From assembly GCA_964617735.1 (NCBI GenBank), contig CAZTXT010000001.1, positions 78,260-136,337 of the forward strand: 58,078 nucleotides of DNA, given 5' to 3'. Under the pieces are notes generated by a model, which saw only the letters and a program-made list of their open reading frames with translations, was not told the origin of the DNA and made no database searches. The stretch is from an uncultured Candidatus Saccharibacteria bacterium (GTDB lineage Bacteria; Patescibacteriota; Minisyncoccia; Phycocordibacterales; DSPV01). Both the position numbers and the translations under genes were made by a program. Shown here piece after piece: positions 22,893 through 31,190 of the stretch (positions are counted from its first letter, which is position 1; each line of letters starts with the position of its first letter).

Positions 22893-23894
22893 TTATAAGA
22901 GCACAGAGAAATCTATCGACAAGTAGGAGGTCTGATTTCCCAGAAAACATCGACTCAAAACACGGTTCTGCTCTAAAATGACATCTCTTAGCGTTCGGCG
23001 TTTCCCCTTCCAAAATATCCTCTGGTTCAGACGATTTAACACACCTTCAACTACCTTGGCCTTCCCTTCTGGAGAAAGACGGTATTCATCTTTGCTTATT
23101 TTTTCAAAATCACTACGCTTGCCGAGTTTTTTCTCTATGAAGAGCGGAATGATCGCGGAATCCACGATTGGAACTCGAAATTCCTCAACAAGGTCAAGCA
23201 CCAAAGCCGGTTTACCGTAGCGGTCGGAGTGGTATAAACCCAGATAGGGATCGAGTCCGACATAGAGGCACGCGCGTTCGACTTCATTATAGAGAATTCC
23301 GTATCCGTAGTTGAGTGCGCTGTTGAATTTGTCACGTCCTTGTGGAACACGACCAGGAAATTTATGCAGACGTTTCAAACAGTCCCAGTATTTATCTGCT
23401 ATAAAACCCTCAGTCCCCAGTAGCTGGTTACGGGCTTTTTCTCCACCTGGGATTCCCCAGATATTCTGTAGTAAAGTCTCGGCTTGCACGATTTCTTTTC
23501 CAAAATCCTTGCCGTATTTTGCCGAGAGGAATTTAAGGTATGTGATCTGATTGCGACATTTTCCATAAACAAATTGTTTTGCCAACTCGAATGATCGAAT
23601 CGGATCACTAGATACGACAAGTTGACCTCGACGCATTGTTGCTAACCCCTTCGAATCGCTCGAGAAAATTCTTCCAACAGGTTTTCCGAATGACCCGAGA
23701 TAAACAATGTCTACTTCATGCTCGATAGCGAGCCGGACGGCATGCGTAGAAATAGAAGAGGGTCGCAGGATTACAATTTTATTCAGACGCCGGATGGGAT
23801 ATTCCTTGCGCTTTTTCGTTTTCGGAAATCGCAGAGCGATACGTTCACCAGTCGATCCTATAAAGGTGCCGTATGTATCAATGAGTAGGTCCAT
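22893..23894 (-). CDS. cas1: CRISPR-associated integrase Cas1
   Basis: LLGTEG, NSALNYGYGILY, GLDPYLGLYH, LVLDLVEEFR; catalytic E/H/E present. Confidence 0.96.
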   Translation of the reverse strand: MDLLIDTYGTFIGSTGERIALRFPKTKKRKEYPIRRLNKIVILRPSSISTHAVRLAIEHEVDIVYLGSFGKPVGRIFSSDSKGLATMRRGQLVVSSDPIRSFELAKQFVYGKCRNQITYLKFLSAKYGKDFGKEIVQAETLLQNIWGIPGGEKARNQLLGTEGFIADKYWDCLKRLHKFPGRVPQGRDKFNSALNYGYGILYNEVERACLYVGLDPYLGLYHSDRYGKPALVLDLVEEFRVPIVDSAIIPLFIEKKLGKRSDFEKISKDEYRLSPEGKAKVVEGVLNRLNQRIFWKGKRRTLRDVILEQNRVLSRCFLGNQTSYLSIDFSVLL

Positions 23895-23924
23895 AAGAAT
23901 TTCTCTTAAACCTATAACAGGCCA

Positions 23925-23952
23925 ATATTAACACAGATAAGAATAATGTCAA
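23925..23952 (-). promoter_or_regulatory. Putative cas1-cas2 promoter
   Basis: TTGACA-N16-TAATAT with TG extension, 30 nt upstream of cas1. Confidence 0.55.
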
Positions 23953-23989
23953 CATACGGCTTCCCAGCAAATCACGCTAGTATGGAGCC

Positions 23990-25255
23990 ATGGATTCGAT
24001 ATTGCGTTTGGGGCGTACGATTATCCCTCGAAAACTTTTTGTCGCGCTCCAGCCGACCTACCACTATCTGCTCGCATGGGGCGCGGCAGTGATCTACGGT
24101 TTTCCTTCCCAAAAACTCAAGATCGTCGGGATCACTGGTACTAAAGGAAAAACTTCGACTGCCGAACTGACCGCAAGCATTTTAGAAGCCACGGGCTTCA
24201 AAGTTGCCCTCGCGGGGACGCTTCATTTCAAGATCGGTGACCATGAGGAGCCGAATCTTTTTAAAATGACGATGCCGGGACGCTTTTTCATGCAACGATT
24301 CCTGCGGCGCGCCGTCGACGCGGGATGCCAGTGGGCAGTACTCGAGATGACGAGCGAGGGGGCGCGGCAATCCCGCCACGCGTTCATCGAGCTTGATGCA
24401 CTCATTTTCACTAACCTCTCCCCCGAGCATATCGAATCGCACGGCTCGTACGAAGCGTACCGAGACGCCAAGCTCAAGCTCGCGCGAGCGCTCGAACAAT
24501 CGCGAAAAGAGAGGCGCGTGATGCTCGCCAACGCCGACGACAAAGAAGCCCCGCGATTCCTCGCGGCCAAAGTCCCCCGCAAACTCACCTTTCAGTTACG
24601 CGATGCAGGCGCGTATCAGCTCACCGACCATGGCGTTTCGCTCATCTATAAAGGAGAGCGGATCAGCTCTCCTCTGCGCGGCCTCTTCAACATCTACAAC
24701 ATCATGGCCGCCGCGACGTTCGCGGAATCCCAAGGCATCCCACCGGAGATCGCGAAAAAAGGCATCGAACACATAACGGAGATCCGCGGCCGCGCGCAAG
24801 AGATAGCAGCCGGACAGGATTTCACCGTCATCGTTGACTATGCGCACACCCCCGATTCGCTGCGCGCGATCTACGAAGCATTCGAAGGAAAGCGAAAGAT
24901 CTGTGTGCTCGGCAGCACCGGCGGCGGACGCGACACGTGGAAGCGCCCGGAGATGGGAAAGATTGCCGATGATTCGTGCGACAAAGTCATCCTCACCAAC
25001 GAAGACCCCTACGACGAAGATCCCGAAGGGATCATCAAAGAAATTGCATCGGGAATGAGCAAACAAAAACCGGAGATCATCATGGATCGCCGCGCAGCCA
25101 TCGCGCATGCGCTCTCTTGCGCTCGCACATCTGACGCAGTGATCATCACCGGCAAAGGCACCGACCCCTACATCATGGGCCCGAAAGGCTCCAAGATTCC
25201 GTGGAGCGATGCGAAAGTCGCAACAGAAGAACTTAAGAAAATGAGAGCAGTATAA
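23990..25255 (+). CDS. murE: Mur ligase (MurE-like UDP-N-acetylmuramyl-tripeptide synthetase)
   Basis: GITGTKGKTST, EMTSEG, FTNLSPEH, VDYAHTPD, NEDP, GKG. Confidence 0.88.
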   Translation: MDSILRLGRTIIPRKLFVALQPTYHYLLAWGAAVIYGFPSQKLKIVGITGTKGKTSTAELTASILEATGFKVALAGTLHFKIGDHEEPNLFKMTMPGRFFMQRFLRRAVDAGCQWAVLEMTSEGARQSRHAFIELDALIFTNLSPEHIESHGSYEAYRDAKLKLARALEQSRKERRVMLANADDKEAPRFLAAKVPRKLTFQLRDAGAYQLTDHGVSLIYKGERISSPLRGLFNIYNIMAAATFAESQGIPPEIAKKGIEHITEIRGRAQEIAAGQDFTVIVDYAHTPDSLRAIYEAFEGKRKICVLGSTGGGRDTWKRPEMGKIADDSCDKVILTNEDPYDEDPEGIIKEIASGMSKQKPEIIMDRRAAIAHALSCARTSDAVIITGKGTDPYIMGPKGSKIPWSDAKVATEELKKMRAV

Positions 25256-25329
25256 ATAGGCTCTCGTAGAGAGCTCGTTACTATAGACTCGTATCGGGAA
25301 TTTCTCTGAACTTCTGATATGATGGGTAT

Positions 25330-26490
25330 ATGCCGCCGCTCAATCCCAATCCGATTCCCCCACAACAGATCAAGCCGCCGGGTATGGACTCGCAAACGAA
25401 GAAGATCGTGTTGTTTGCGATGATCTTTTCAGTGCTCGCGGTGGTGGTAGTCGCCGCTTTTGTGCTCCGGCCGGGAAATAAAACGGGTGCTACAGCACAA
25501 TCAAACTCGATCTCCACTACAACGCAGTTCATCACCAGCACAACCACAGCAAAAAAGTCTATTTTCTCTTCTTTCTTCAACTTTAATTTCGGAAGTCCAA
25601 ACCAAACAGCTAAACAAAATCTCTTCTCGATCACAACTAAGACTTCATCGACATCAAAAACCAGCACCGCTCCTCGTCCCACTGCTGCGCCGAAAACCAA
25701 AACCACTAGTGTGCCGACGACCAATGTCCCGTATAAGCAACTCGAAGGGATATACAGCGAGCGCCCATCCGCCGAAACACAAGTGGGACTCGAGCTGTTC
25801 CAAACGGATCTTCCCTCTTCTCCGCTGCGCGGAAAACTCTGGATCAGCGGAGTGCATCGGGCGACAAAAGCAGATCAAGAGTATGTCACCATCTCAACGA
25901 AAAGCACGCTTCCCCCAGGCACGCTGATCACCGATATGACGCTCAAAAGCGTGGTGAGCGGAGAAGTCCTAACGATACCGAAAGGGGTGGGCCTGCCGTT
26001 CGCGAATCAGATAAACCAAGCCGACCCTATCTACATAAACCCCGGCCAGAAAATTTATGTAGTGAGCGGCATATCGCCCTTAGGCTATTCATTCAGGATA
26101 AACAAGTGCACAGGGTACTTTGAGCAATTCCAGAATTTCTATCCAATGCTTCCGCTGACCTGTCCGATCATCAAATCGTATCCCCGCCCAGCGCCGCCCA
26201 ACGAATTAAGCGACAAATGCATCACCACCATCAGCAACTTATCGAGATGCAAGCTCCCCGCCTCGTACACCGATCCCGGTACCAACGATCAGGAGCATGA
26301 CTGCGTAACCTTTATTCAAGATCATGTCGGATACGACAACTGCGTGAACCTGGAGCGCTATAACACTGATTTTCTGGGCACGGGCTGGTGGACGTACGAA
26401 AACCATGGAACTCCCGTCTGGAAAACCACACGTGAAATCATTTGGCTTCTCGATAGGGACGGAAAATTCATCTCGCAGTATAGCTACTAA
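25330..26490 (+). CDS. Membrane-anchored exported protein with Thr/Ser-rich linker
   Basis: N-terminal TM, low-complexity stalk, Cys-containing C-terminal domain. Confidence 0.75.
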   Translation: MPPLNPNPIPPQQIKPPGMDSQTKKIVLFAMIFSVLAVVVVAAFVLRPGNKTGATAQSNSISTTTQFITSTTTAKKSIFSSFFNFNFGSPNQTAKQNLFSITTKTSSTSKTSTAPRPTAAPKTKTTSVPTTNVPYKQLEGIYSERPSAETQVGLELFQTDLPSSPLRGKLWISGVHRATKADQEYVTISTKSTLPPGTLITDMTLKSVVSGEVLTIPKGVGLPFANQINQADPIYINPGQKIYVVSGISPLGYSFRINKCTGYFEQFQNFYPMLPLTCPIIKSYPRPAPPNELSDKCITTISNLSRCKLPASYTDPGTNDQEHDCVTFIQDHVGYDNCVNLERYNTDFLGTGWWTYENHGTPVWKTTREIIWLLDRDGKFISQYSY

Positions 26491-26522
26491 CTGCGCCGGA
26501 GGCGCAGCGAGACACTCTAGCC

Positions 26523-27020
26523 TTAAACGTCAAACCAACGGTAGAGCACGACGCCTGCCGCAACGGAGACGTTGAGAGACTCTTTCTCCCCACGCATTGG
26601 CAGTACCGCAATGACGTGCGCGATATCCCTGATGGCTTTCGGCAACCCCTCTACCTCATTTCCAAAGACGACCACGACCGGGCCTTCAGGGAGAGCGACT
26701 TTTTTGTAGTCAATTGCGCGTGGATCCTGCTCAACCGCGACGATGTACGTATCCGCTCGGAGAGCCGTGAGCTCTTTGAGCGCGTCGGGCGCATGCCGCC
26801 ATGCAAGCGAGTGCTCTGCTCCGAGCGACGCTTTGAGAAACCGCGGCGCCTTTCTGCCAAACCGATCAACGGGGGTGGGGGTATATCCAGCGAACACAAC
26901 TGCATCAGCTCCGACCGCATCGGCGGTGCGCATGATCGCGCCGGCATTCTCCGCACTGCGTATATCGCAGAGAAAAACCGTGCGACGGGGCCGTTCTATA
27001 TCTTTTCGCTTACGCTTCAC
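26523..27020 (-). CDS. TrmH/SpoU family RNA methyltransferase
   Basis: DIRSAENAGAIMRTADA, VFGNEVEG, ESLNVSVAAG. Confidence 0.92.
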   Translation of the reverse strand: MKRKRKDIERPRRTVFLCDIRSAENAGAIMRTADAVGADAVVFAGYTPTPVDRFGRKAPRFLKASLGAEHSLAWRHAPDALKELTALRADTYIVAVEQDPRAIDYKKVALPEGPVVVVFGNEVEGLPKAIRDIAHVIAVLPMRGEKESLNVSVAAGVVLYRWFDV

Positions 27021-27038
27021 ATCTGCTATACTACGGTC

Positions 27039-27443
27039 ATGCTCAATATTTTTCCAGACCTGCTCACCTACAGCCTCTTGGGGCCTTTTATCCTACGCGT
27101 CTCTCTTGGAATTCTTTTCATCAATCTCGGTTACCTGGAATTGACGCGCGAAAAAGAGCGGTGGCTGCGGGTGTTCGAGACTATCAGATTCTCGCCCGCG
27201 CGCTTTTGGGTAAGGGTCTTCGGCGTTGTCGAAATAGCGGGAGGGCTGCTCTTGGTGTTGGGGGTTCTGACGCAGGCGGCAGCGCTTTTGTTCACGGTGA
27301 TAAGCCTCGCGGAAATGTATATCGAATACCGAGCGCCAGTCGTCTTGCGGCGCAACATCGTCTTCTACGGACTCATTTTTGTCATCTCCGCTTCCCTGCT
27401 CCTAACCGGCGCTGGCGCATTCGCATTCGATCTACCACTCTAA
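27039..27443 (+). CDS. DoxX family membrane protein
   Basis: LRVSLG...EIAGGLLLVLGVLTQ; TGCTATACT just upstream. Confidence 0.8.
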   Translation: MLNIFPDLLTYSLLGPFILRVSLGILFINLGYLELTREKERWLRVFETIRFSPARFWVRVFGVVEIAGGLLLVLGVLTQAAALLFTVISLAEMYIEYRAPVVLRRNIVFYGLIFVISASLLLTGAGAFAFDLPL

Positions 27444-27446
27444 ATC

Positions 27447-27932
27447 TTAGAGCGGGATGATGCTGCTGCCGAGATGACGCAAGATCTCGGCACGGCGGTC
27501 TTCTTGCCCTACCTCTTTGATGTGTTTGATCGGGTAACACTCGGGAGTGTACTCGTAGTGCCCGCGCACCTCGCCATCGGCGAAGATGCGGACATGGTAT
27601 TGATATTCGAAGCTGTCTACATAGCGCAGACTAATGATCTGCCCTTCATCCTCCCAGGCGACGAAGTGGTTCCCGTATCCCAGTTTGACGAGCGCCGATA
27701 CGATAGATTCGAGAGACTCATGGGGTGCCACATGACCGATGAGATAATCCTGTCGTCCCTCGTGACGGATGATACGCATGAAAAGAAGCGTATCCCTCAC
27801 GAATGAATGATACGGTGTGTACATCCTCCAAAACACATATTTCATGCGGTCTTTAAGGCTGCCGGGGTATACCATCCGTGATGCCGGAAGCGTCTGGATC
27901 CAATTTTTTAAGGCGTTGGTCTGTGATGCCAT
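27447..27932 (-). CDS. Hypothetical protein
   Basis: 161-aa ORF (MASQ...), YQYHVRIF...GHYEYTPE. Confidence 0.7.
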   Translation of the reverse strand: MASQTNALKNWIQTLPASRMVYPGSLKDRMKYVFWRMYTPYHSFVRDTLLFMRIIRHEGRQDYLIGHVAPHESLESIVSALVKLGYGNHFVAWEDEGQIISLRYVDSFEYQYHVRIFADGEVRGHYEYTPECYPIKHIKEVGQEDRRAEILRHLGSSIIPL

Positions 27933-28111
27933 AGGGTAATCCTTCTGCGTAAGTAGCGTGTAGGTATTGTACGATGAGAATGCGAAATTTTCCAAATTCC
28001 CCTGTGTAATACTAGGATGTAGGCGGGATGAGGTATAGGTGAATTCGAACTACGCCTTTCGATCCCTGGACGAACGCACGCAGGTGCGTTCTTGGTCGGA
28101 TCACTTCGTGA

Positions 28112-28184
28112 TCCGCCCACCAGGGATCGAACCTGGGACCTTCTCCTTAAAAGGGAGCTGCTCTACCAGCTGAGCTATGGGCGG
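28112..28184 (-). tRNA. tRNA-Lys (anticodon TTT)
   Basis: CCGCCCA acceptor, loop CTTTTAA, GGTTCGATCCC. Confidence 0.93.
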
Positions 28185-28360
28185 GTATTTAATTTTCCTA
28201 GTGCTACCAACCGCTGTTGTGACGTCGAGCCATCGACCTGCCAGAACAGCTATGGCGGATATTTAGTTTTCTCACTGCTACCAAGTACTGTTATGGTGTT
28301 GAGCCATCGACCTGCCAGAACAGCTATGGGCGGGTATTTAATTTTCTCGGCGCTATCAAA
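28173..28360. repeat. Tandem repeat, about 2.5 units of 74-75 bp, each containing the tRNA-Lys 5' end
   Basis: Units start at 28173, 28248 and 28322 with AGCTATGG(G)CGG.TATTTA.TTTTC; GAGCCATCGACCTGCCAGAAC is shared. Confidence 0.85.
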
Positions 28361-28480
28361 ACACCCAGGGACACTTTAAAACACAAAAACTGTAACAGAT
28401 TTTTCTCGTATCTGCAAAAACTTGCGTTTATGCAAATCAAGGTTATGCTCTAAGAAGAGGCCTTTCAAAAAGATCATTTT

Positions 28481-28699
28481 ATGACAATACATATACACAT
28501 GGTTCACAGTGACCGTACCTACACGGTTGAGATGGGGGAAGGAAAGACGATCGCCGACGCACTGCCGATGATCGGATATCCCAAACAAGGGCACGCATCA
28601 TGGTGCGCCCGTATATGCAACGCTCCTGTTTCGCTCAATACCATCGTAACCGCTGACACGAAAGTAAAAATATCCCATCGCTCGATGGGCAATCCGTAA
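28481..28699 (+). CDS. Small ubiquitin-like (beta-grasp, MoaD/ThiS-like) protein
   Basis: 72 aa, TIADAL pattern, C-terminal SMGNP; followed by a terminator. Confidence 0.5.
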   Translation: MTIHIHMVHSDRTYTVEMGEGKTIADALPMIGYPKQGHASWCARICNAPVSLNTIVTADTKVKISHRSMGNP

Positions 28700-28712
28700 A
28701 CGAAGAAACAAT

Positions 28713-28739
28713 GGCCGCCGGCTTACCGGCGGCCTTTTT
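28713..28739 (+). terminator. Intrinsic terminator
   Basis: GGCCGCCGG-CTTA-CCGGCGGCC-TTTTT. Confidence 0.85.
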
Positions 28740-28808
28740 GTTTGCATTTTACAGGAAGGATAGGTAGCATCACCGTAGACCGAACATCAACAAAACGAAA
28801 GGAAGCTG

Positions 28809-29924
28809 ATGAAGACATTGAAACTGCAGCGGCCGAGCGACTTCCATACGCATTTGCGCAGCCCTGCGCAGGTCGGTGAGAAACTGTTTAGAATGATCGT
28901 TGCGCTCAACTGCGCGCACTATCGATATGTTGTCGTCGAACCCAACACATACCTCGACAAAAATAAACCAGAACGACATATCGAGACAGCCGATGACCTG
29001 GTCAAATACCGAAAACTCGTCTCGGCGGCATTGCCCGAGCAGGACCCGAGCACACCCTTATTCCTCATTAAGCTCACCCCTAAAACCACGCCGCGCATCA
29101 TCCGTGACGCTGATGACGCGGGCTGCATCGGGGTGAAGCTCTACCCCGAAGGCGTTACGACCGGCTCGCAGCACGGAGGCGTCTCTGACTTCCATTCGAA
29201 ACAGCTCTACCGCTGTCTCGAGTATTTGGAGGAACAGGACCTTGTATTCCAAATCCACCCCGAGATGCCGAAGACATTTTGCCTCGAGCGGGAACATTCG
29301 TTCCATGACGTGCTTACGGAATACGCGAAGCGCTTTCCGAAGCTACGCATCTTCGTGGAACACATCACTGACCGCAGGACCCTCGAGCTGGTGCAGGAAT
29401 TGCGGCACGATCAGGGGGCGCGGGTGTATGGGACCATCACGGGCCACCATCTGCGCCTGACCTTGGATAATGTGCTCGGACAAGTGGATCACCACTGCTG
29501 GCCATGCGCCAAGTTCCCGGAAGACCGGGATGCATTGGTAAGCTGGGCGCTTCCCCGTAGTAGTTGTGGAGTCGAAAAATTTCTCATTTCTATTACGGAC
29601 AGCGCACCCCATGAGTGGCAGACGAAGCACGGAGTATCGTGCGCATGTGCGGGGGTGTTCAATCCTGCGCATATCGCTATCCCATGGCTCGTTACGCTTG
29701 CGCACGAGCGCAAAACCCCGACGGAAACACTCGAGACATTCTGGGCATTCAACGGTATGAAAGCGTACCAATTGAAACCATTATCGAAATACCTCATCAC
29801 ACTCGTACAAAAACCGTGGGTGGTCCCCGGGAGTTTCGGGACAGGACACGGCTGCTACAGCGGAGAAAAGATAACTCCTTTCCTCGCTCGTGAGACGCTC
29901 CCGTGGCAAATAGCCACTACGTAG
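28809..29924 (+). CDS. pyrC: Dihydroorotase (class II-like amidohydrolase)
   Basis: DFHTHLR, GVKLYPEGVTT, HPE, EHIT, HHL, TDSAPH. Confidence 0.85.
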   Translation: MKTLKLQRPSDFHTHLRSPAQVGEKLFRMIVALNCAHYRYVVVEPNTYLDKNKPERHIETADDLVKYRKLVSAALPEQDPSTPLFLIKLTPKTTPRIIRDADDAGCIGVKLYPEGVTTGSQHGGVSDFHSKQLYRCLEYLEEQDLVFQIHPEMPKTFCLEREHSFHDVLTEYAKRFPKLRIFVEHITDRRTLELVQELRHDQGARVYGTITGHHLRLTLDNVLGQVDHHCWPCAKFPEDRDALVSWALPRSSCGVEKFLISITDSAPHEWQTKHGVSCACAGVFNPAHIAIPWLVTLAHERKTPTETLETFWAFNGMKAYQLKPLSKYLITLVQKPWVVPGSFGTGHGCYSGEKITPFLARETLPWQIATT

Positions 29925-29964
29925 TCAGAAATCAAAACGGATTCGCCTATGCGAATCCGTTTTT

Positions 29965-30699
29965 TTATATTGAAAGCGCTAGACGTTCGAGTGACGTCGC
30001 AAAATCATGGATGCCGCGGTGTGCATCGTGGTACATCGCAATGAGTTTTCGAGAAAGAGAAACAAGCGCCTCGCGGCCATAGGCATCGGCGTAGCGGCGC
30101 GATTTTGTGTACACGAATGGTTTAAGGCCGGATAGAGCGGCGCTCGGCGCAGAAGCGGCCGCGAGCATCGCTTTGGTCTGCCAGAAAAGCACACCGTTTA
30201 TTTCCTCGGGAGATATACCCTGCATAAACGCTTCGGAAAGAAGTGACCAAAATCTGACTTTATTCCGACTCCCTAATGCATCAGCGAGCGTAAATATATT
30301 GAAACTAGTGTTAAACCCCGGACGGCTCACATATGTTTTCTCGGCCGCATCAAACTTCTTGCTTTCTTGCGCGACTTTTTCTATTTTCTTCAATGACTCC
30401 GCATCGACTTTCCTCTCCAGAAAAATAAAACCGTTCTCCGACTCCTTAAGCTCCTTTAAATTACCCGAAACCCATTCTTTCGCTTCAACATTCTCAAAAA
30501 TCCCGTCGGCAAAGACGATGAACTTGCGTTCAAACAATCCTTGCCCACCGGCAAACTGCTCAAAGTCAGCCGCGCTCCACGTATCCGGCGTCACGCGAAA
30601 ATATTCCGCCCCCGGCCGCTTCGTCTGCATGATGCCGACGACCGCTTTCGCCCTCGCGCGTGCCTTGTCGCTGTCCGTTCCATGAATAAAGAAAAGCAT
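29965..30699 (-). CDS. holA: DNA polymerase III delta subunit (short CPR form)
   Basis: FFIHGTD, QGLFERK, FNIFTLADALG, FWQTKAM. Confidence 0.75.
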   Translation of the reverse strand: MLFFIHGTDSDKARARAKAVVGIMQTKRPGAEYFRVTPDTWSAADFEQFAGGQGLFERKFIVFADGIFENVEAKEWVSGNLKELKESENGFIFLERKVDAESLKKIEKVAQESKKFDAAEKTYVSRPGFNTSFNIFTLADALGSRNKVRFWSLLSEAFMQGISPEEINGVLFWQTKAMLAAASAPSAALSGLKPFVYTKSRRYADAYGREALVSLSRKLIAMYHDAHRGIHDFATSLERLALSI

Positions 30700-30812
30700 T
30701 TACCCGCCTAAATTTTAGTGATTGTTAATTCTGTACCGAGATTCGAGATTATTTTAACACAATCCACATCTCAAAACGGACTAAAATTTTAGCGGGTGAA
30801 CAGTATACAAAA

Positions 30813-30839
30813 TCAACCACTCGCATTGCGAGTGGTTGA
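30813..30839. terminator. 12-bp hairpin downstream of the DGR template repeat
   Basis: TCAACCACTCGC-ATT-GCGAGTGGTTGA. Confidence 0.7.
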
Positions 30840-30856
30840 AGGGTACAAGGCACAAG

Positions 30857-30982
30857 TTACAAGGTAACAACTGCACGGGAACGAAGGTTCGAATTCCGAT
30901 TGTTGGCATAGCCCCAGCTGACGTTGAGCTCGCGGTCGTTCCAGTTCACGTTAGGCACGTTGCCGTCGGAGTTCCGAGAACC
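30857..30982 (-). repeat. DGR template repeat (TR, 30887-30982) plus IMH*-like tail
   Basis: 96-nt copy of the 3' end of ORF 31191-31931; all 6 mismatches fall at TR adenines in AAC/AAT codons. Confidence 0.9.
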
Positions 30983-31144
30983 TTCGTTAGCCGAAACTCG
31001 TCCATCTCACCGAAAATCTAAAAGAGATTTTCTGTGTTCTCTCGCAGCAAAGCGAGCGTCGTGTAAGTTTCGGCAAGCAGTTTCTTATTTAGGTAAATTG
31101 TTGTCCGAAGACCAATTTGGCAACCCGCTTCAGTATATAAAAAG

Positions 31145-31173
31145 TTCCCCTTATCCGAATCGGATAAGGGGAA
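31145..31173. other. Hairpin/cruciform downstream of VR (DGR retrohoming element-like)
   Basis: TTCCCCTTATCCG-AAT-CGGATAAGGGGAA, 17 nt after the target stop codon. Confidence 0.7.
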
Positions 31174-31190
31174 GTGTAAAAGGAATAAGG

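Noticed and set aside
9646-23989. Casposon interpretation of the cas1 island
   Set aside because: No family B polymerase and no terminal inverted repeats were seen. Cas1 is paired with Cas2 and multiple polarised direct repeats, which fits a CRISPR adaptation module.
28173-28360. Mini CRISPR array upstream of tRNA-Lys
   Set aside because: The variable segments are homologous to each other, so it is a tandem duplication rather than repeat-spacer; reported separately as a finding.
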